From assembly GCF_054482525.1 (NCBI RefSeq), contig NZ_CM137006.1: a stretch of DNA of 64,000 nt. One strand, given 5' to 3'. This document shows, piece after piece, positions 24,453 through 36,193 of the stretch; position 1 is the first letter of the stretch, and each line of letters starts with the position of its first letter. A model generated the notes under the pieces. The model made no database searches, was not told the origin of the DNA, and saw only the letters and a program-made list of their open reading frames with translations. The translations under genes and the position numbers were made by a program.

Positions 24453-24758
24453 TCAGGCGAGTTTTGCCTCATTGATTTGACTCAGTGGCTCATTGACATC
24501 GAAAACTTTGGCGACAACTTCCTCAACGCCGAGATTTTTCAGTCGGGCAGTATGTTTTTCCAGATAGGCAAGGGCGCTTTTTTCATCAGTGAAAAGGTAG
24601 ATCCCACCGGCTTCGTGGTTCTTTTCACTTTCTGTCCATACCTTCCACAGAAAACCAGGTTCCTGATTAATCGACTCAGCAAGTGGTTTAAGCTGCTCAG
24701 CCATTGCGTCGCCAAATGGGCCATTAAAAGCAAAATGAAGTTGTAACAAAGTTGCCAT
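24453..24758 (-). CDS. ydhR: Putative monooxygenase-like protein YdhR, 101 aa
   Basis: 101-aa ORF beside the tRNA-Val pair as in K-12. Confidence 0.85.
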   Translation of the reverse strand: MATLLQLHFAFNGPFGDAMAEQLKPLAESINQEPGFLWKVWTESEKNHEAGGIYLFTDEKSALAYLEKHTARLKNLGVEEVVAKVFDVNEPLSQINEAKLA

Positions 24759-24866
24759 AGCGATTCTCCTTCTGATAACGCATACGAAGACAGTGTAAAT
24801 CTTTTAACGTATTGGATACAGAGAAGAAACAGAGGGAAAAAAGGAGAAGACCAGATTAAGAAAATC

Positions 24867-24943
24867 TGGTGCGTCCGAGTGGACTCGAACCACCGACCCC
24901 CACCATGTCAAGGTGGTGCTCTAACCAACTGAGCTACGGACGC
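24867..24943 (-). tRNA. valW: tRNA-Val (anticodon GAC), 77 nt
   Basis: Reverse complement reads GCGTCCGTAGCTCAGTTGGTTAGAGCACCACCTTGACATGGTGGGGGTCGGTGGTTCGAGTCCACTCGGACGCACCA; copy adjacent to ydhR, so by K-12 order probably valW. Confidence 0.9.
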
Positions 24944-24947
24944 AGGA

Positions 24948-25024
24948 TGGTGCGTTCAATTGGACTCGAACCAACGACCCCCACCATGTCAAGGTGGTGC
25001 TCTAACCAACTGAGCTATGAACGC
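24948..25024 (-). tRNA. valV: tRNA-Val (anticodon GAC), 77 nt, second tandem copy
   Basis: Reverse complement reads GCGTTCATAGCTCAGTTGGTTAGAGCACCACCTTGACATGGTGGGGGTCGTTGGTTCGAGTCCAATTGAACGCACCA; 4-nt spacer from the first copy; differences are compensatory in the acceptor and T stems. Confidence 0.9.
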
Positions 25025-25332
25025 AACGTTGTAGGTGACAACGGGGACGAATATTAGCGGCAGAGTGGGAAGGTGGCAAGAGGCAAAACGTAATTTTCTG
25101 CGGTATTTCGACCGTTTGCAGAGCTTTTAAGCAAATTGGCTATATTTTGTTGATTTGCAAGGGCGATTTTTATTCAGGATCGCATTTACATCTGACACAA
25201 CCCAATAATCTGTGTATCAGAGTTTAAACAGAGTTGTTTGCCACCATCTCAAAATCTGTCGTGGATAAATCCTCCGTAGCCTTTACACTTAAGTAGCAAT
25301 AAAGGCACACAGATGCAGCAAAGGAATAAATC

Positions 25333-26589
25333 ATGGGATCTGATGCGAAAAACTTGATGAGCGACGGGAACGTGCAAATTGTTAAGACCGGCGAGGTCAT
25401 TGGCGCGACGCAACTTACTGAAGGTGAGTTAATTGTTGAAGCTGGCGCAAGAGCCGAAAATACCGTGGTCATGGGGGCCGGTTGGTTGAAAGTGGCAACT
25501 GGTGGGATCGCCAAATGCACACAGTACGGTAACAATGGCACGCTATCGGTCAGTGACGGTGCCATTGCCACAGATATTGTTCAGTCAGAGGGAGGCGCAA
25601 TTAGTCTCTCTACGCTCGCTACGGTTAATGGCCGCCATCCCGAAGGTGAATTCAGCGTTGATCAGGGTTATGCCTGCGGTTTGTTGCTGGAAAATGGCGG
25701 TAACCTGCGTGTACTGGAAGGACATCGCGCGGAAAAAATCATTCTCGATCAAGAGGGCGGCCTGTTGGTTAATGGGACAACCTCAGCGGTCGTGGTAGAT
25801 GAAGGTGGTGAATTGTTGGTGTATCCAGGTGGGGACGCCAGCAATTGTGAGATTAATCAGGGCGGCGTTTTTATGCTGGCGGGGAAAGCCAGTGATACAT
25901 TGCTTGCTGGTGGCACCATGAATAATCTCGGTGGTGAAGACTCTGACACTATTGTTGAGAATGGATCCACTTATCGTCTGGGGACGGATGGTCTTCAGCT
26001 CTACAGTTCCGGTAAGACGCAAAACCTGTCCGTTAATGTGGGTGGTCGGGCTGAAGTGCATGCCGGTACGCTGGAAAATGCGGTAATACAAGGTGGGACA
26101 GTCATCCTGTTGTCACCCACCAGCGCGGACGAAAATTTTGTCGTAGAGGAAGATCGCGCACCGGTTGAACTGACCGGTAGTGTTGCATTACTGGACGGCG
26201 CTTCAATGATTATTGGCTATGGCGCAGATCTGCAACAATCAACGATTACTGTACAGCAGGGCGGTGTATTGATTCTCGACGGCAGTACGGTAAAAGGTGA
26301 CAGTGTCACTTTCAGTGTTGGTAGCATCAATCTAAATGGCGGAAAACTGTGGCTAATCACTGGTGCGGCAACGCATGTGCAACTGAAAGTGAAACGCCTG
26401 CGCGGAGAGGGAGCGATTTGCCTGCAAACCAGTGCGAAAGAAATTTCACCTGACTTCATCAATGTGAAAGGGGAAGTTACTGGTGATATACACGTTGAGA
26501 TAACAGATGCCAGTCGGCAAACTCTGTGTAACGCACTGAAACTACAGCCAGACGAAGACGGGATTGGCGCAACGCTCCAGCCTGCGTAA
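25333..26589 (+). CDS. ydhQ: Autotransporter-passenger-like beta-helical protein YdhQ (no beta-barrel translocator domain), 418 aa
   Basis: Gly/Thr/Val-rich repetitive composition typical of adhesin passenger domains; recognised as YdhQ. Confidence 0.85.
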   Translation: MGSDAKNLMSDGNVQIVKTGEVIGATQLTEGELIVEAGARAENTVVMGAGWLKVATGGIAKCTQYGNNGTLSVSDGAIATDIVQSEGGAISLSTLATVNGRHPEGEFSVDQGYACGLLLENGGNLRVLEGHRAEKIILDQEGGLLVNGTTSAVVVDEGGELLVYPGGDASNCEINQGGVFMLAGKASDTLLAGGTMNNLGGEDSDTIVENGSTYRLGTDGLQLYSSGKTQNLSVNVGGRAEVHAGTLENAVIQGGTVILLSPTSADENFVVEEDRAPVELTGSVALLDGASMIIGYGADLQQSTITVQQGGVLILDGSTVKGDSVTFSVGSINLNGGKLWLITGAATHVQLKVKRLRGEGAICLQTSAKEISPDFINVKGEVTGDIHVEITDASRQTLCNALKLQPDEDGIGATLQPA

Positions 26590-26629
26590 AAACACAGGCG
26601 CGACCCGTGAAGGTTGCGCCTTGTCTTTA

Positions 26630-28024
<1,395 letters not shown>

Positions 28025-28217
28025 TTATATGAGAGACTAAAAAGCCGCCTGAATGGGCAGCAAAAAGAAGAAGCAGGGGAAATTCAGTCTATTGTAGCGA
28101 GGATTTATTAATTCTCCAGTGAAAAAATAGTCATTCTTACCCCTTCACTGGTAAGGGCGTTTTCCACCTGCTATTGTGCTGAACAGAATGTCTTAACTGA
28201 TTTCAGGAGTTGTAAGT

Positions 28218-28859
28218 ATGTTTACGGGGATTGTACAGGGCACCGCAAAACTGGTGTCAATTGACGAGAAACCAAATTTTCGCACGCATGTGGTGGAGTT
28301 ACCCGACCACATGCTGGACGGCCTGGAAACCGGTGCGTCCGTGGCGCATAACGGTTGCTGCCTGACCGTAACGGAAATTAACGGCAACCATGTCAGTTTT
28401 GACCTGATGAAAGAAACGTTACGCATTACCAATCTTGGCGATTTAAAAGTGGGGGATTGGGTAAACGTTGAGCGTGCGGCGAAATTCAGCGATGAAATTG
28501 GCGGACACTTAATGTCAGGTCATATTATGACCACCGCTGAAGTCGCGAAAATATTAACCTCGGAAAATAATCGCCAGATCTGGTTTAAAGTCCAGGATAG
28601 TCAGTTGATGAAATATATCTTGTACAAAGGATTTATTGGCATCGACGGTATTAGCCTGACCGTCGGCGAAGTCACGCCAACGCGTTTTTGCGTCCATTTA
28701 ATTCCGGAAACACTGGAACGCACGACTCTTGGGAAGAAAAAACTTGGCGCACGCGTCAACATTGAAATCGATCCACAAACTCAGGCAGTGGTAGATACGG
28801 TAGAACGAGTGCTGGCGGCACGAGAAAATGCCATGAATCAACCAGGTACAGAAGCCTGA
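28218..28859 (+). CDS. ribC: Riboflavin synthase, 213 aa
   Basis: [21 protein letters not shown]... recognised as riboflavin synthase (E. coli ribC/ribE). Confidence 0.93.
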   Translation: MFTGIVQGTAKLVSIDEKPNFRTHVVELPDHMLDGLETGASVAHNGCCLTVTEINGNHVSFDLMKETLRITNLGDLKVGDWVNVERAAKFSDEIGGHLMSGHIMTTAEVAKILTSENNRQIWFKVQDSQLMKYILYKGFIGIDGISLTVGEVTPTRFCVHLIPETLERTTLGKKKLGARVNIEIDPQTQAVVDTVERVLAARENAMNQPGTEA

Positions 28860-28865
28860 TCTGAA

Positions 28866-28888
28866 ATCGCCCCCGGAGAGGGGGCGAT
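28866..28888. terminator. Terminator-like hairpin between convergent ribC and cfa (TCGCCCCC-ggaga-GGGGGCGA)
   Basis: 8-bp GC-rich stem read directly; flanking U-tracts are weak on both strands. Confidence 0.5.
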
Positions 28889-28898
28889 AGAATAGCCT

Positions 28899-30047
28899 TT
28901 AGCGAGCCACTCGAAGGCCGTTTTCAACACCGCGTGAGAACACGACCTGCCAGAGCTGAATATCACGGGCGCGGAAAGCACCTGCACAGGCATTCAGATA
29001 ATAGGTAAACATTCGTTTAAAGCGTTCACTGTAGTTATCCGCAATTTCTGGCCATGCGGCGAGGAATCGTTCATACCACGCCATCAACGTAGTATCGTAA
29101 TCAGCACCGAAGTTATGCCAGTCTTCCATCACAAAGTGGGGTTCGCTGGACTGAGCAATCTGGCGTACAGAGGGCAGGCAACCGTTCGGAAAAATATATT
29201 TATTAATCCAGGGATCAACATTCAGATCGGTTTTTTTCGAACCGATAGTATGGAGCAGGAATATGCCTTCCGGTTTCAAATTACGATCCACCACCGCAAA
29301 ATAGGTATCGTAATTTTTCGGTCCGACGTGCTCGAACATCCCCACAGAAACAATACGATCAAACTGGTCGTTCATGTCACGATAATCTTGCAGCAAAATG
29401 GTGACATCCAGGCCTTCACAGCGTTCCTGAGCCATTTTTTGCTGTTCGGCAGAAATGGTGACGCCAACCACGCTTACGTCATAATTAGATGCCATGTAGT
29501 GCGCCAGTCCGCCCCAGCCGCAGCCAATATCCAGTACGCGCATCCCTGGTTTTAACTGCAATTTTTCACAAATCATTTTGAGCTTCGCCTGCTGGGCAGA
29601 TTCCAGATTATCGGCATCTTTCCAGTAAGCGCAGGAATATTGCATGAAGGGATCAAGCATGCGGCTGAACAAGTCATTACCCAAATCGTAATGCTCTTTG
29701 CCGACTATCCAGGCACGTTTTTTACTCTGAAGATTGAAGAGACGAGCGCCGACAATACGCAGCGTGTCTTTGAAATGATGGGGGAGTTGGTTCTCGAGAC
29801 CTGCGCGTAAGACTTTGCTAAAAAACATATCCAGTCGGTCACATTCCCACCAGCCATCCATATAACTTTCGCCTAACCCCAAAGAGCCTTCCTGCAGAAC
29901 GCGTTTAAAAAAATCGGGGTTTTTCACACGAATATCCGCCGGGGCAGAACCGTTAATGGCTATACCGGCACGGCTAAGTAATTCGTTGGCGATACGGTAC
30001 CAGTTGTCATCCGGTACACTGACTTCTTCTATACACGATGAACTCAT
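28899..30047 (-). CDS. cfa: Cyclopropane-fatty-acyl-phospholipid synthase, 382 aa
   Basis: SAM-methyltransferase motif VLDIGCGWGG; recognised as Cfa. Confidence 0.93.
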   Translation of the reverse strand: MSSSCIEEVSVPDDNWYRIANELLSRAGIAINGSAPADIRVKNPDFFKRVLQEGSLGLGESYMDGWWECDRLDMFFSKVLRAGLENQLPHHFKDTLRIVGARLFNLQSKKRAWIVGKEHYDLGNDLFSRMLDPFMQYSCAYWKDADNLESAQQAKLKMICEKLQLKPGMRVLDIGCGWGGLAHYMASNYDVSVVGVTISAEQQKMAQERCEGLDVTILLQDYRDMNDQFDRIVSVGMFEHVGPKNYDTYFAVVDRNLKPEGIFLLHTIGSKKTDLNVDPWINKYIFPNGCLPSVRQIAQSSEPHFVMEDWHNFGADYDTTLMAWYERFLAAWPEIADNYSERFKRMFTYYLNACAGAFRARDIQLWQVVFSRGVENGLRVAR

Positions 30048-30337
30048 AGTTTCTCCATCACTGGTCGGTGATCAGAACCTTAAAACAGCGTAGACGCTTT
30101 TTGGGCTTTGTGAGAAATCTCGCAGAAAAAACCGCGAGTCTATAATCCGACGTAGAACAGAGGGAAAGGAGGAACCCTTGCCGAAATGACCATCCATAGT
30201 GAGTCGGGAACGATCCTGTCCCCGTAAAAACATAATATTTATCGTAGCTTTAACAACTCGAAATTAGTATAGGCCGCTAATTTCAATCATACAACAAAAT
30301 TTTGTTAGCAGCCTAAGTATAAGTATATCGATATAGA

Positions 30338-31549
30338 TCAGTGTGATTCGCTATGAGCGACTTCGGCATTGCCATGATTCTGACAGTCTACTTCTTCACA
30401 ACGTTGCATCATGTAACCCAGAGCGACCAGCACTACTGTTGATAACATCACGCTGGTGGTGGTGAGCAATGGCGTGCTGATACTGATAAGCCAGGAAACT
30501 ACCAGACTTGCGAGGAAGCACAGACCCAGTTGTAGAGTGTTCTGCAACGCTGCGGCGCGACCAGTTGCATGTGGGAAGGGACGCAGCGCCTGGGCGACAA
30601 CAATCGGGTAGATCGCGCCATTGGCAATCGCCATCACACAGAATGGGATCAGGATTTCGACTAGCGACACATGGCTAATGAAGCCCGCAGCCCAGGTCGC
30701 AATGACGCTGACAGCAAACAGTACCAGCAACCACGGTAATAACTGCTTGCCTTGCCATTTCTGCAGTGCGGCGCGACAGCCATAACCACCAATCAGAAAC
30801 GCGATAGTTTGCGGGACATAACTTAAACCAATAACTGCCGGGCTGTAGCCCATTTCACTAAGGATGAACGGTGAGCCGGTCAGCCATGCAAAAAAACTGG
30901 CTGAACAGGCCGCATATATCAGCACGTTGCCGCGATAGGTTTTAGAACGTAGCAGGTCGGTAAAGGTCAGACCATCCTGACTATTGTTACGGGCCTTCGT
31001 CGTGGGTTTGAGCCAGAAAATAGGCAGAATCAGCACCACGGTAATGGCAAACAGGGTGGCGAAAATCGCCTGCCAGGAAAAATGGACCAGCAGCCAGCTT
31101 CCTAACAGAGGAGCCAGTGCTGGAGATAGACCCACCAGCGGCATGATGGTCGCAAAAATACGGTTAACTTTCTGTGAAGGATAATAATCCGTCACTAACG
31201 CTTGCCAGATAACCGCCGCGGCGCAGACACCCACAGCCTGTACAAAACGCAATACCAACAGCGTAGCGGCGTTTTCTACCCACAGCATCCCCAGACTACC
31301 TAACGCAAAAATTGTCAGGCCGATTAATAATACCGGTTTACGACCATAACGGTCGGAGAGCGGCCCCCACAGAAGCTGGGCTGCGGCAAAACCGGCAAGG
31401 AACAGACTAAGGCTGGCACTGACAGCAGACGCAGGCGTTTGCAGGTCGGCCTGTATGGCGGCGAAAGCAGGCAGATACATATCGGTTGCCAGAAAACCGA
31501 GTACGCTCAAACCCGCCAGCCAGACTAAAAATCTTTTCCCAGGTTGCAT
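30338..31549 (-). CDS. punC: MFS transporter PunC (YdhC; purine nucleoside / drug exporter family), 403 aa
   Basis: 12-TM MFS ORF divergent from a LysR regulator, as in K-12 ydhC-ydhB. Confidence 0.88.
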   Translation of the reverse strand: MQPGKRFLVWLAGLSVLGFLATDMYLPAFAAIQADLQTPASAVSASLSLFLAGFAAAQLLWGPLSDRYGRKPVLLIGLTIFALGSLGMLWVENAATLLVLRFVQAVGVCAAAVIWQALVTDYYPSQKVNRIFATIMPLVGLSPALAPLLGSWLLVHFSWQAIFATLFAITVVLILPIFWLKPTTKARNNSQDGLTFTDLLRSKTYRGNVLIYAACSASFFAWLTGSPFILSEMGYSPAVIGLSYVPQTIAFLIGGYGCRAALQKWQGKQLLPWLLVLFAVSVIATWAAGFISHVSLVEILIPFCVMAIANGAIYPIVVAQALRPFPHATGRAAALQNTLQLGLCFLASLVVSWLISISTPLLTTTSVMLSTVVLVALGYMMQRCEEVDCQNHGNAEVAHSESH

Positions 31550-31661
31550 GTATATTCTCTAAATCTCTCAATTAAACACCGCCGCAAAGTGTAGGGAGTG
31601 AAATTAGTGTTGTGAAACGGTAATATTTGATGACTGGTTTCAAAAATTTTGCAGGCAGACT

Positions 31662-32594
31662 ATGTGGTCAGAATATTCACTCGAAGTTGTTGATGCGGTA
31701 GCGCGTAATGGTAGTTTTAGCGCTGCGGCACAGGAGTTGCATCGCGTTCCTTCTGCGGTCAGCTATACCGTGCGTCAGCTGGAAGAGTGGCTGGCGGTGC
31801 CGCTGTTTGAACGACGTCACCGTGATGTGGAACTGACCGCTGCCGGGGCGTGGTTTCTCAAAGAAGGGCGCTCTGTTGTCAAAAAAATGCAGATCACCCG
31901 GCAGCAATGTCAGCAGATAGCGAACGGCTGGCGCGGTCAGTTAGCTATCGCAGTGGATAATATTGTCAGGCCAGAACGTACACGGCAGATGATCGTTGAT
32001 TTTTATCGCCATTTTGATGATGTCGAACTTCTTGTCTTTCAGGAAGTGTTCAACGGTGTCTGGGATGCGCTTTCCGACGGGCGCGTGGAACTGGCGATTG
32101 GCGCAACACGCGCGATTCCGGTAGGCGGTCGTTATGCCTTCCGCGATATGGGGATGCTAAGCTGGAGTTGCGTTGTTGCCAGTCACCACCCGCTGGCGTT
32201 GATGGATGGCCCGTTCAGCGATGATACGTTGCGCAACTGGCCGTCGTTGGTGCGCGAAGACACCTCGCGAACGCTACCTAAACGTATTACCTGGTTGCTG
32301 GATAACCAAAAAAGACTTGTCGTGCCTGACTGGGAATCATCGGCAACCTGTATCTCGGCAGGATTATGCATAGGGATGGTGCCAACACATTTCGCCAAAC
32401 CGTGGCTTAATGAGGGGAAGTGGGTGGCACTAGAACTGGAAAACCCCTTCCCGGATTCGGCATGTTGTCTGACATGGCAGCAAAATGATATGTCGCCTGC
32501 GTTAACCTGGTTGCTTGAGTATCTCGGCGATAGTGAGACGCTGAATAAGGAGTGGCTGCGGGAGCCGGAAGAGACTCCCGCAACGGGTGATTAA
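31662..32594 (+). CDS. punR: LysR-family transcriptional regulator PunR (YdhB), 310 aa
   Basis: N-terminal HTH plus LysR substrate-binding domain; divergent from punC. Confidence 0.88.
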
Positions 32595-33616
32595 CGACGA
32601 TAGTCGCGGAACGGGCCGTCAGCCACGGAGCGGCGTTCAATCAACCGCGGATGCACTTCAATGGATTGCGGTTCTTCGCGTTTATTGACGATACGATCCA
32701 ACAGCATGTTGAACGCCGTTTCGCCCAGCGAATCTTTTGGCTGATGGATCGTGGTCAGCGCCGGCGTAAAATAGCGGGCGTTGCGCACGTTATCATACCC
32801 GATCAGCGAAACATCCTGCGGGACGCGCAGACCCATTTCATCAGCAGCACAAAGTGCGCCCATTGCCATGATATCGCCACCACAGAAGACGGCAGTAGGG
32901 CGATGCGGTTGCGACAGTATTTGCTGCATGGCGCGATAACCGGATTCAGGTTCAAAATCACCCTGTACAATCCAGCTTTCCGGCACTTTGATCATCGCTT
33001 CTTCCATCGCCTTCATAAAACCGGCAAGGCGGCCTGCGCCGGTGTTACGTTCCAGCGGGCCAGGGATAACGCCGATTTCGCGGTGACCGCGTTCTATCAG
33101 ATAACGCCCGGCCATGTAGCCGCCTTCGAACGCGTTATCAATGACCGCATCGGTGAAGTCAGCTTTTGCTTCACCCCAGTCCATCACCACCATTGGGATA
33201 TGGCGATACTCTTCCAGCATCGCCAGCAACGGCTCTGGGTACTCAGAACACATCACCAGCAGACCATCGACGCGTTTTTGCGCCATCATCGACAGATAAG
33301 CCCGCTGTTTCTCAAGATTGTTCCACGCATTGCCCAGAATCAGGGTGTAACCTTTCTGGAAGCAATTTTTTTCAACCGCTTCAATGATCTCGGCAAAATA
33401 GGCCGCTTCGCTGCTGGTCGCCAGCAAACCGATAGACTTGGTGTGGTTAACCTTCAGACTACGCGCCACCGCGCTAGGGGAGTAGTGTAATTCTTTGATC
33501 GCTGCCCACACGGCGTTGCGCGTTTCTTCAGCGACGAAACGTGTTTTGTTGATCACGTGTGACACAGTTGTAGTGGAAACGTTTGCTCGTTTCGCTACAT
33601 CTTTTATTGTTGCCAT
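32591..33616 (-). CDS. purR: Purine repressor PurR (LacI family), 341 aa
   Basis: [36 protein letters not shown]... recognised as PurR. Confidence 0.95.
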
Positions 33617-33660
33617 TCCATTTCACTCCAGACCCTAACTTCAGCTCCTGCAAAATCGCA

Positions 33661-33676
33661 AGGTAAACGTTTGCCT
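33661..33676. promoter_or_regulatory. PUR-box-like palindrome AGGTAAACGTTTGCCT upstream of purR (autoregulatory operator candidate)
   Basis: Core AAACGTTT palindrome matching the PurR operator consensus, 45 bp upstream of the purR ATG. Confidence 0.55.
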
Positions 33677-33914
33677 TTACACACCTTACGCACAACAAAA
33701 GTGTTGCGGTACGCCGGAAAAACGACACGGAGCGTCAGGAAGGGGTCAATGGCCAGTACGCAAATAGTGTAAGCGTGGAATTTTGGCCGATCTTGACGAA
33801 AAGGGGAAGTGGTAAAAACACTTATCATTATAAATGACGGGAGATTTTTTCATCACAGTGTGTAAAAATGCGTAATATCACTTTTTGTGTGGTAATAAAA
33901 AAGGAGAAAACTTG

Positions 33915-34004
33915 ATGAGCACCGACCTTAAATTTTCACTGGTAACAACGATTATCGTCCTCGGTTTGATCGTGGCCGTGGGTTTGACTGCCGCGCTGCA
34001 CTGA
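33915..34004 (+). CDS. ynhF: Small membrane protein YnhF, 29 aa
   Basis: ATG 33915 preceded by AAGGAGAAAA; translation MSTDLKFSLVTTIIVLGLIVAVGLTAALH, a single TM helix. Confidence 0.7.
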   Translation: MSTDLKFSLVTTIIVLGLIVAVGLTAALH

Positions 34005-34169
34005 TTTCCTCTCGAGGGAGCGCGTTCTCCCTCGCATCTCCTTCCTGTTTGTTAGCAAAATGGCAAAAGTGTTTTCTCTTTTTGTTATTTTCATTTTTTT
34101 GTGATTGCTGTCATGCTTTCGCCACTTAAATGAATATCGCGTAATGACGCGAAGAGGTGGAGATAAGGC

Positions 34170-35339
34170 ATGAAAATTAACTATCCGTTGCTGGCGCTGG
34201 CGATTGGCGCGTTTGGTATCGGGACAACGGAGTTCTCGCCAATGGGCTTATTGCCCGTCATTGCGCGCGGTGTGGATGTCTCGATTCCCGCTGCCGGAAT
34301 GTTAATCAGTGCCTATGCAGTTGGCGTAATGGTTGGCGCGCCGCTGATGACGCTTCTACTTTCTCATCGTGCCCGCCGCAGTGCGTTGATTTTCCTGATG
34401 GCGATTTTCACGCTCGGCAACGTACTTTCCGCCATCGCGCCGGATTATATGACTCTCATGCTTTCACGCATTTTGACCAGCCTGAATCACGGAGCATTTT
34501 TTGGTTTGGGTTCAGTTGTGGCCGCAAGCGTGGTGCCAAAACATAAACAGGCCAGCGCAGTTGCCACTATGTTTATGGGGTTAACCCTGGCAAATATCGG
34601 TGGCGTGCCGGCGGCGACCTGGTTGGGTGAAACCATCGGCTGGCGGATGTCATTTCTGGCAACGGCGGGGCTGGGAGTGATTTCAATGGTAAGTCTGTTC
34701 TTCTCATTACCTAAAGGTGGCGCAGGGGCGCGACCTGAAGTGAAAAAAGAGCTGGCGGTATTAATGCGTCCGCAGGTGCTGTCTGCATTGCTGACGACGG
34801 TACTGGGAGCTGGTGCAATGTTTACCCTCTACACCTATATCTCTCCGGTACTGCAAAGTATTACCCACGCAACACCGGTGTTCGTTACGGCAATGCTGGT
34901 GCTGATTGGTGTCGGATTCTCTATCGGTAACTATCTCGGCGGCAAACTGGCAGATCGTTCAGTTAACGGCACGTTGAAAGGCTTTTTGTTGCTGCTGATG
35001 GTGATTATGCTGGCAATCCCGTTCCTGGCCCGCAATGAGTTCGGCGCAGCTATTAGCATGGTGGTGTGGGGCGCTGCAACCTTTGCGGTTGTACCGCCGT
35101 TACAGATGCGCGTGATGCGTGTCGCCAGTGAAGCGCCTGGTCTGTCTTCATCAGTCAATATTGGTGCCTTTAATCTTGGAAATGCGCTGGGAGCAGCTGC
35201 TGGTGGTGCGGTAATTTCCGCTGGGCTGGGATACAGCTTTGTGCCGGTGATGGGGGCGATTGTCGCGGGACTGGCATTATTGCTGGTGTTTATGTCAGCC
35301 AGAAAACAACCTGAGGCAGTTTGCGTTGCCAACAGCTAA
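34170..35339 (+). CDS. ydhP: MFS transporter YdhP, 389 aa
   Basis: 12-TM MFS ORF recognised as YdhP. Confidence 0.9.
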   Translation: MKINYPLLALAIGAFGIGTTEFSPMGLLPVIARGVDVSIPAAGMLISAYAVGVMVGAPLMTLLLSHRARRSALIFLMAIFTLGNVLSAIAPDYMTLMLSRILTSLNHGAFFGLGSVVAASVVPKHKQASAVATMFMGLTLANIGGVPAATWLGETIGWRMSFLATAGLGVISMVSLFFSLPKGGAGARPEVKKELAVLMRPQVLSALLTTVLGAGAMFTLYTYISPVLQSITHATPVFVTAMLVLIGVGFSIGNYLGGKLADRSVNGTLKGFLLLLMVIMLAIPFLARNEFGAAISMVVWGAATFAVVPPLQMRVMRVASEAPGLSSSVNIGAFNLGNALGAAAGGAVISAGLGYSFVPVMGAIVAGLALLLVFMSARKQPEAVCVANS

Positions 35340-35350
35340 TTAAACAAAAA

Positions 35351-35380
35351 CGCAGAAGGATAACCTTCTGCGTTACAGTT
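35351..35380 (+). terminator. ydhP intrinsic terminator hairpin (CGCAGAAGG-ataa-CCTTCTGCG followed by TTACAGTT)
   Basis: 9-bp perfect stem 10 nt after the ydhP stop. Confidence 0.6.
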
Positions 35381-35403
35381 GCTGGCAACGTGCGATTTAT
35401 CTT

Positions 35404-35465
35404 GCCGGATGCGGTGTTAACGCTTCATCCGAGTTGGCATGGTAAGCGAAGCGCATCAGGCAATG
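35404..35465. repeat. REP/BIME-like palindromic units between ydhP and sodB
   Basis: GCCGGATGCGGTGTTAACGCTTCATCCGAG and AAGCGAAGCGCATCAGGCAATG resemble the E. coli REP consensus (GCCGGATGCGGCG...CTTATCCGGCCTAC). Confidence 0.55.
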
Positions 35466-35484
35466 TTGCATTTGCCATCAGTTA

Positions 35485-36066
35485 TTATGCAGCGAGATTT
35501 TTTGCTACGAATTCCCAGTTCACCAGCGCCCAGAAGTGCTCCAGATAGCCAGGACGTGCATTGCGATAGTCGATGTAATAAGCGTGTTCCCAGACATCAA
35601 CGGTCAGCAGCGGAGTTGCATCGGTGGTCAGCGGAGTACCCGCGTTAGAGGTTGAAACGATAGCCAGTTTGCCATCGCTGTTTTTCACCAGCCAGGTCCA
35701 GCCAGAACCAAAGTTTTTGATTGCTGCATCAGTAAACTGTGCTTTGAAATCGGCAAAGCTGCCAAAAGATGCGGCGATAGCTTCAGCGACTTTTCCAGTC
35801 GGTTCGCCACCCGCGTTCGGTGCCAGGCAGTTCCAGTAGAAAGTATGGTTCCAGACCTGAGCTGCGTTGTTGAATACGCCACCTTCAGAGCTGCGAATAA
35901 TCTCTTCCAGTGATTTACCTTCAAACGCGGTACCTTTAATCAGGTTGTTCAGGTTAGTGACATAAGTCTGATGATGCTTGCCGTAGTGATACTCGATGGT
36001 TTCCGCAGAAATGTGCGGTGCCAGAGCATCTTTAGCATATGGTAGTGCAGGTAATTCGAATGACAT
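35485..36066 (-). CDS. sodB: Iron superoxide dismutase SodB, 193 aa
   Basis: [36 protein letters not shown]... recognised as Fe-SOD. Confidence 0.97.
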   Translation of the reverse strand: MSFELPALPYAKDALAPHISAETIEYHYGKHHQTYVTNLNNLIKGTAFEGKSLEEIIRSSEGGVFNNAAQVWNHTFYWNCLAPNAGGEPTGKVAEAIAASFGSFADFKAQFTDAAIKNFGSGWTWLVKNSDGKLAIVSTSNAGTPLTTDATPLLTVDVWEHAYYIDYRNARPGYLEHFWALVNWEFVAKNLAA

Positions 36067-36193
36067 TGCTACTCTCCTTTATTATTAATTTGCATACGTA
36101 CAATAGCCTTATTGTGCGTATGGATAGGGTAGCAAATTAAAAGGTGAGACAAAAGATGAACTTACCCTGTTGCCGTAACAACAGGGTAAAGTT

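Noticed and set aside
24867-25330. tRNA-Val locus as the insertion site of a genomic island
   Set aside because: The neighbouring genes (ydhR, ydhQ) are the same as in K-12, and there is no integrase or att-like duplicated tRNA 3' end.
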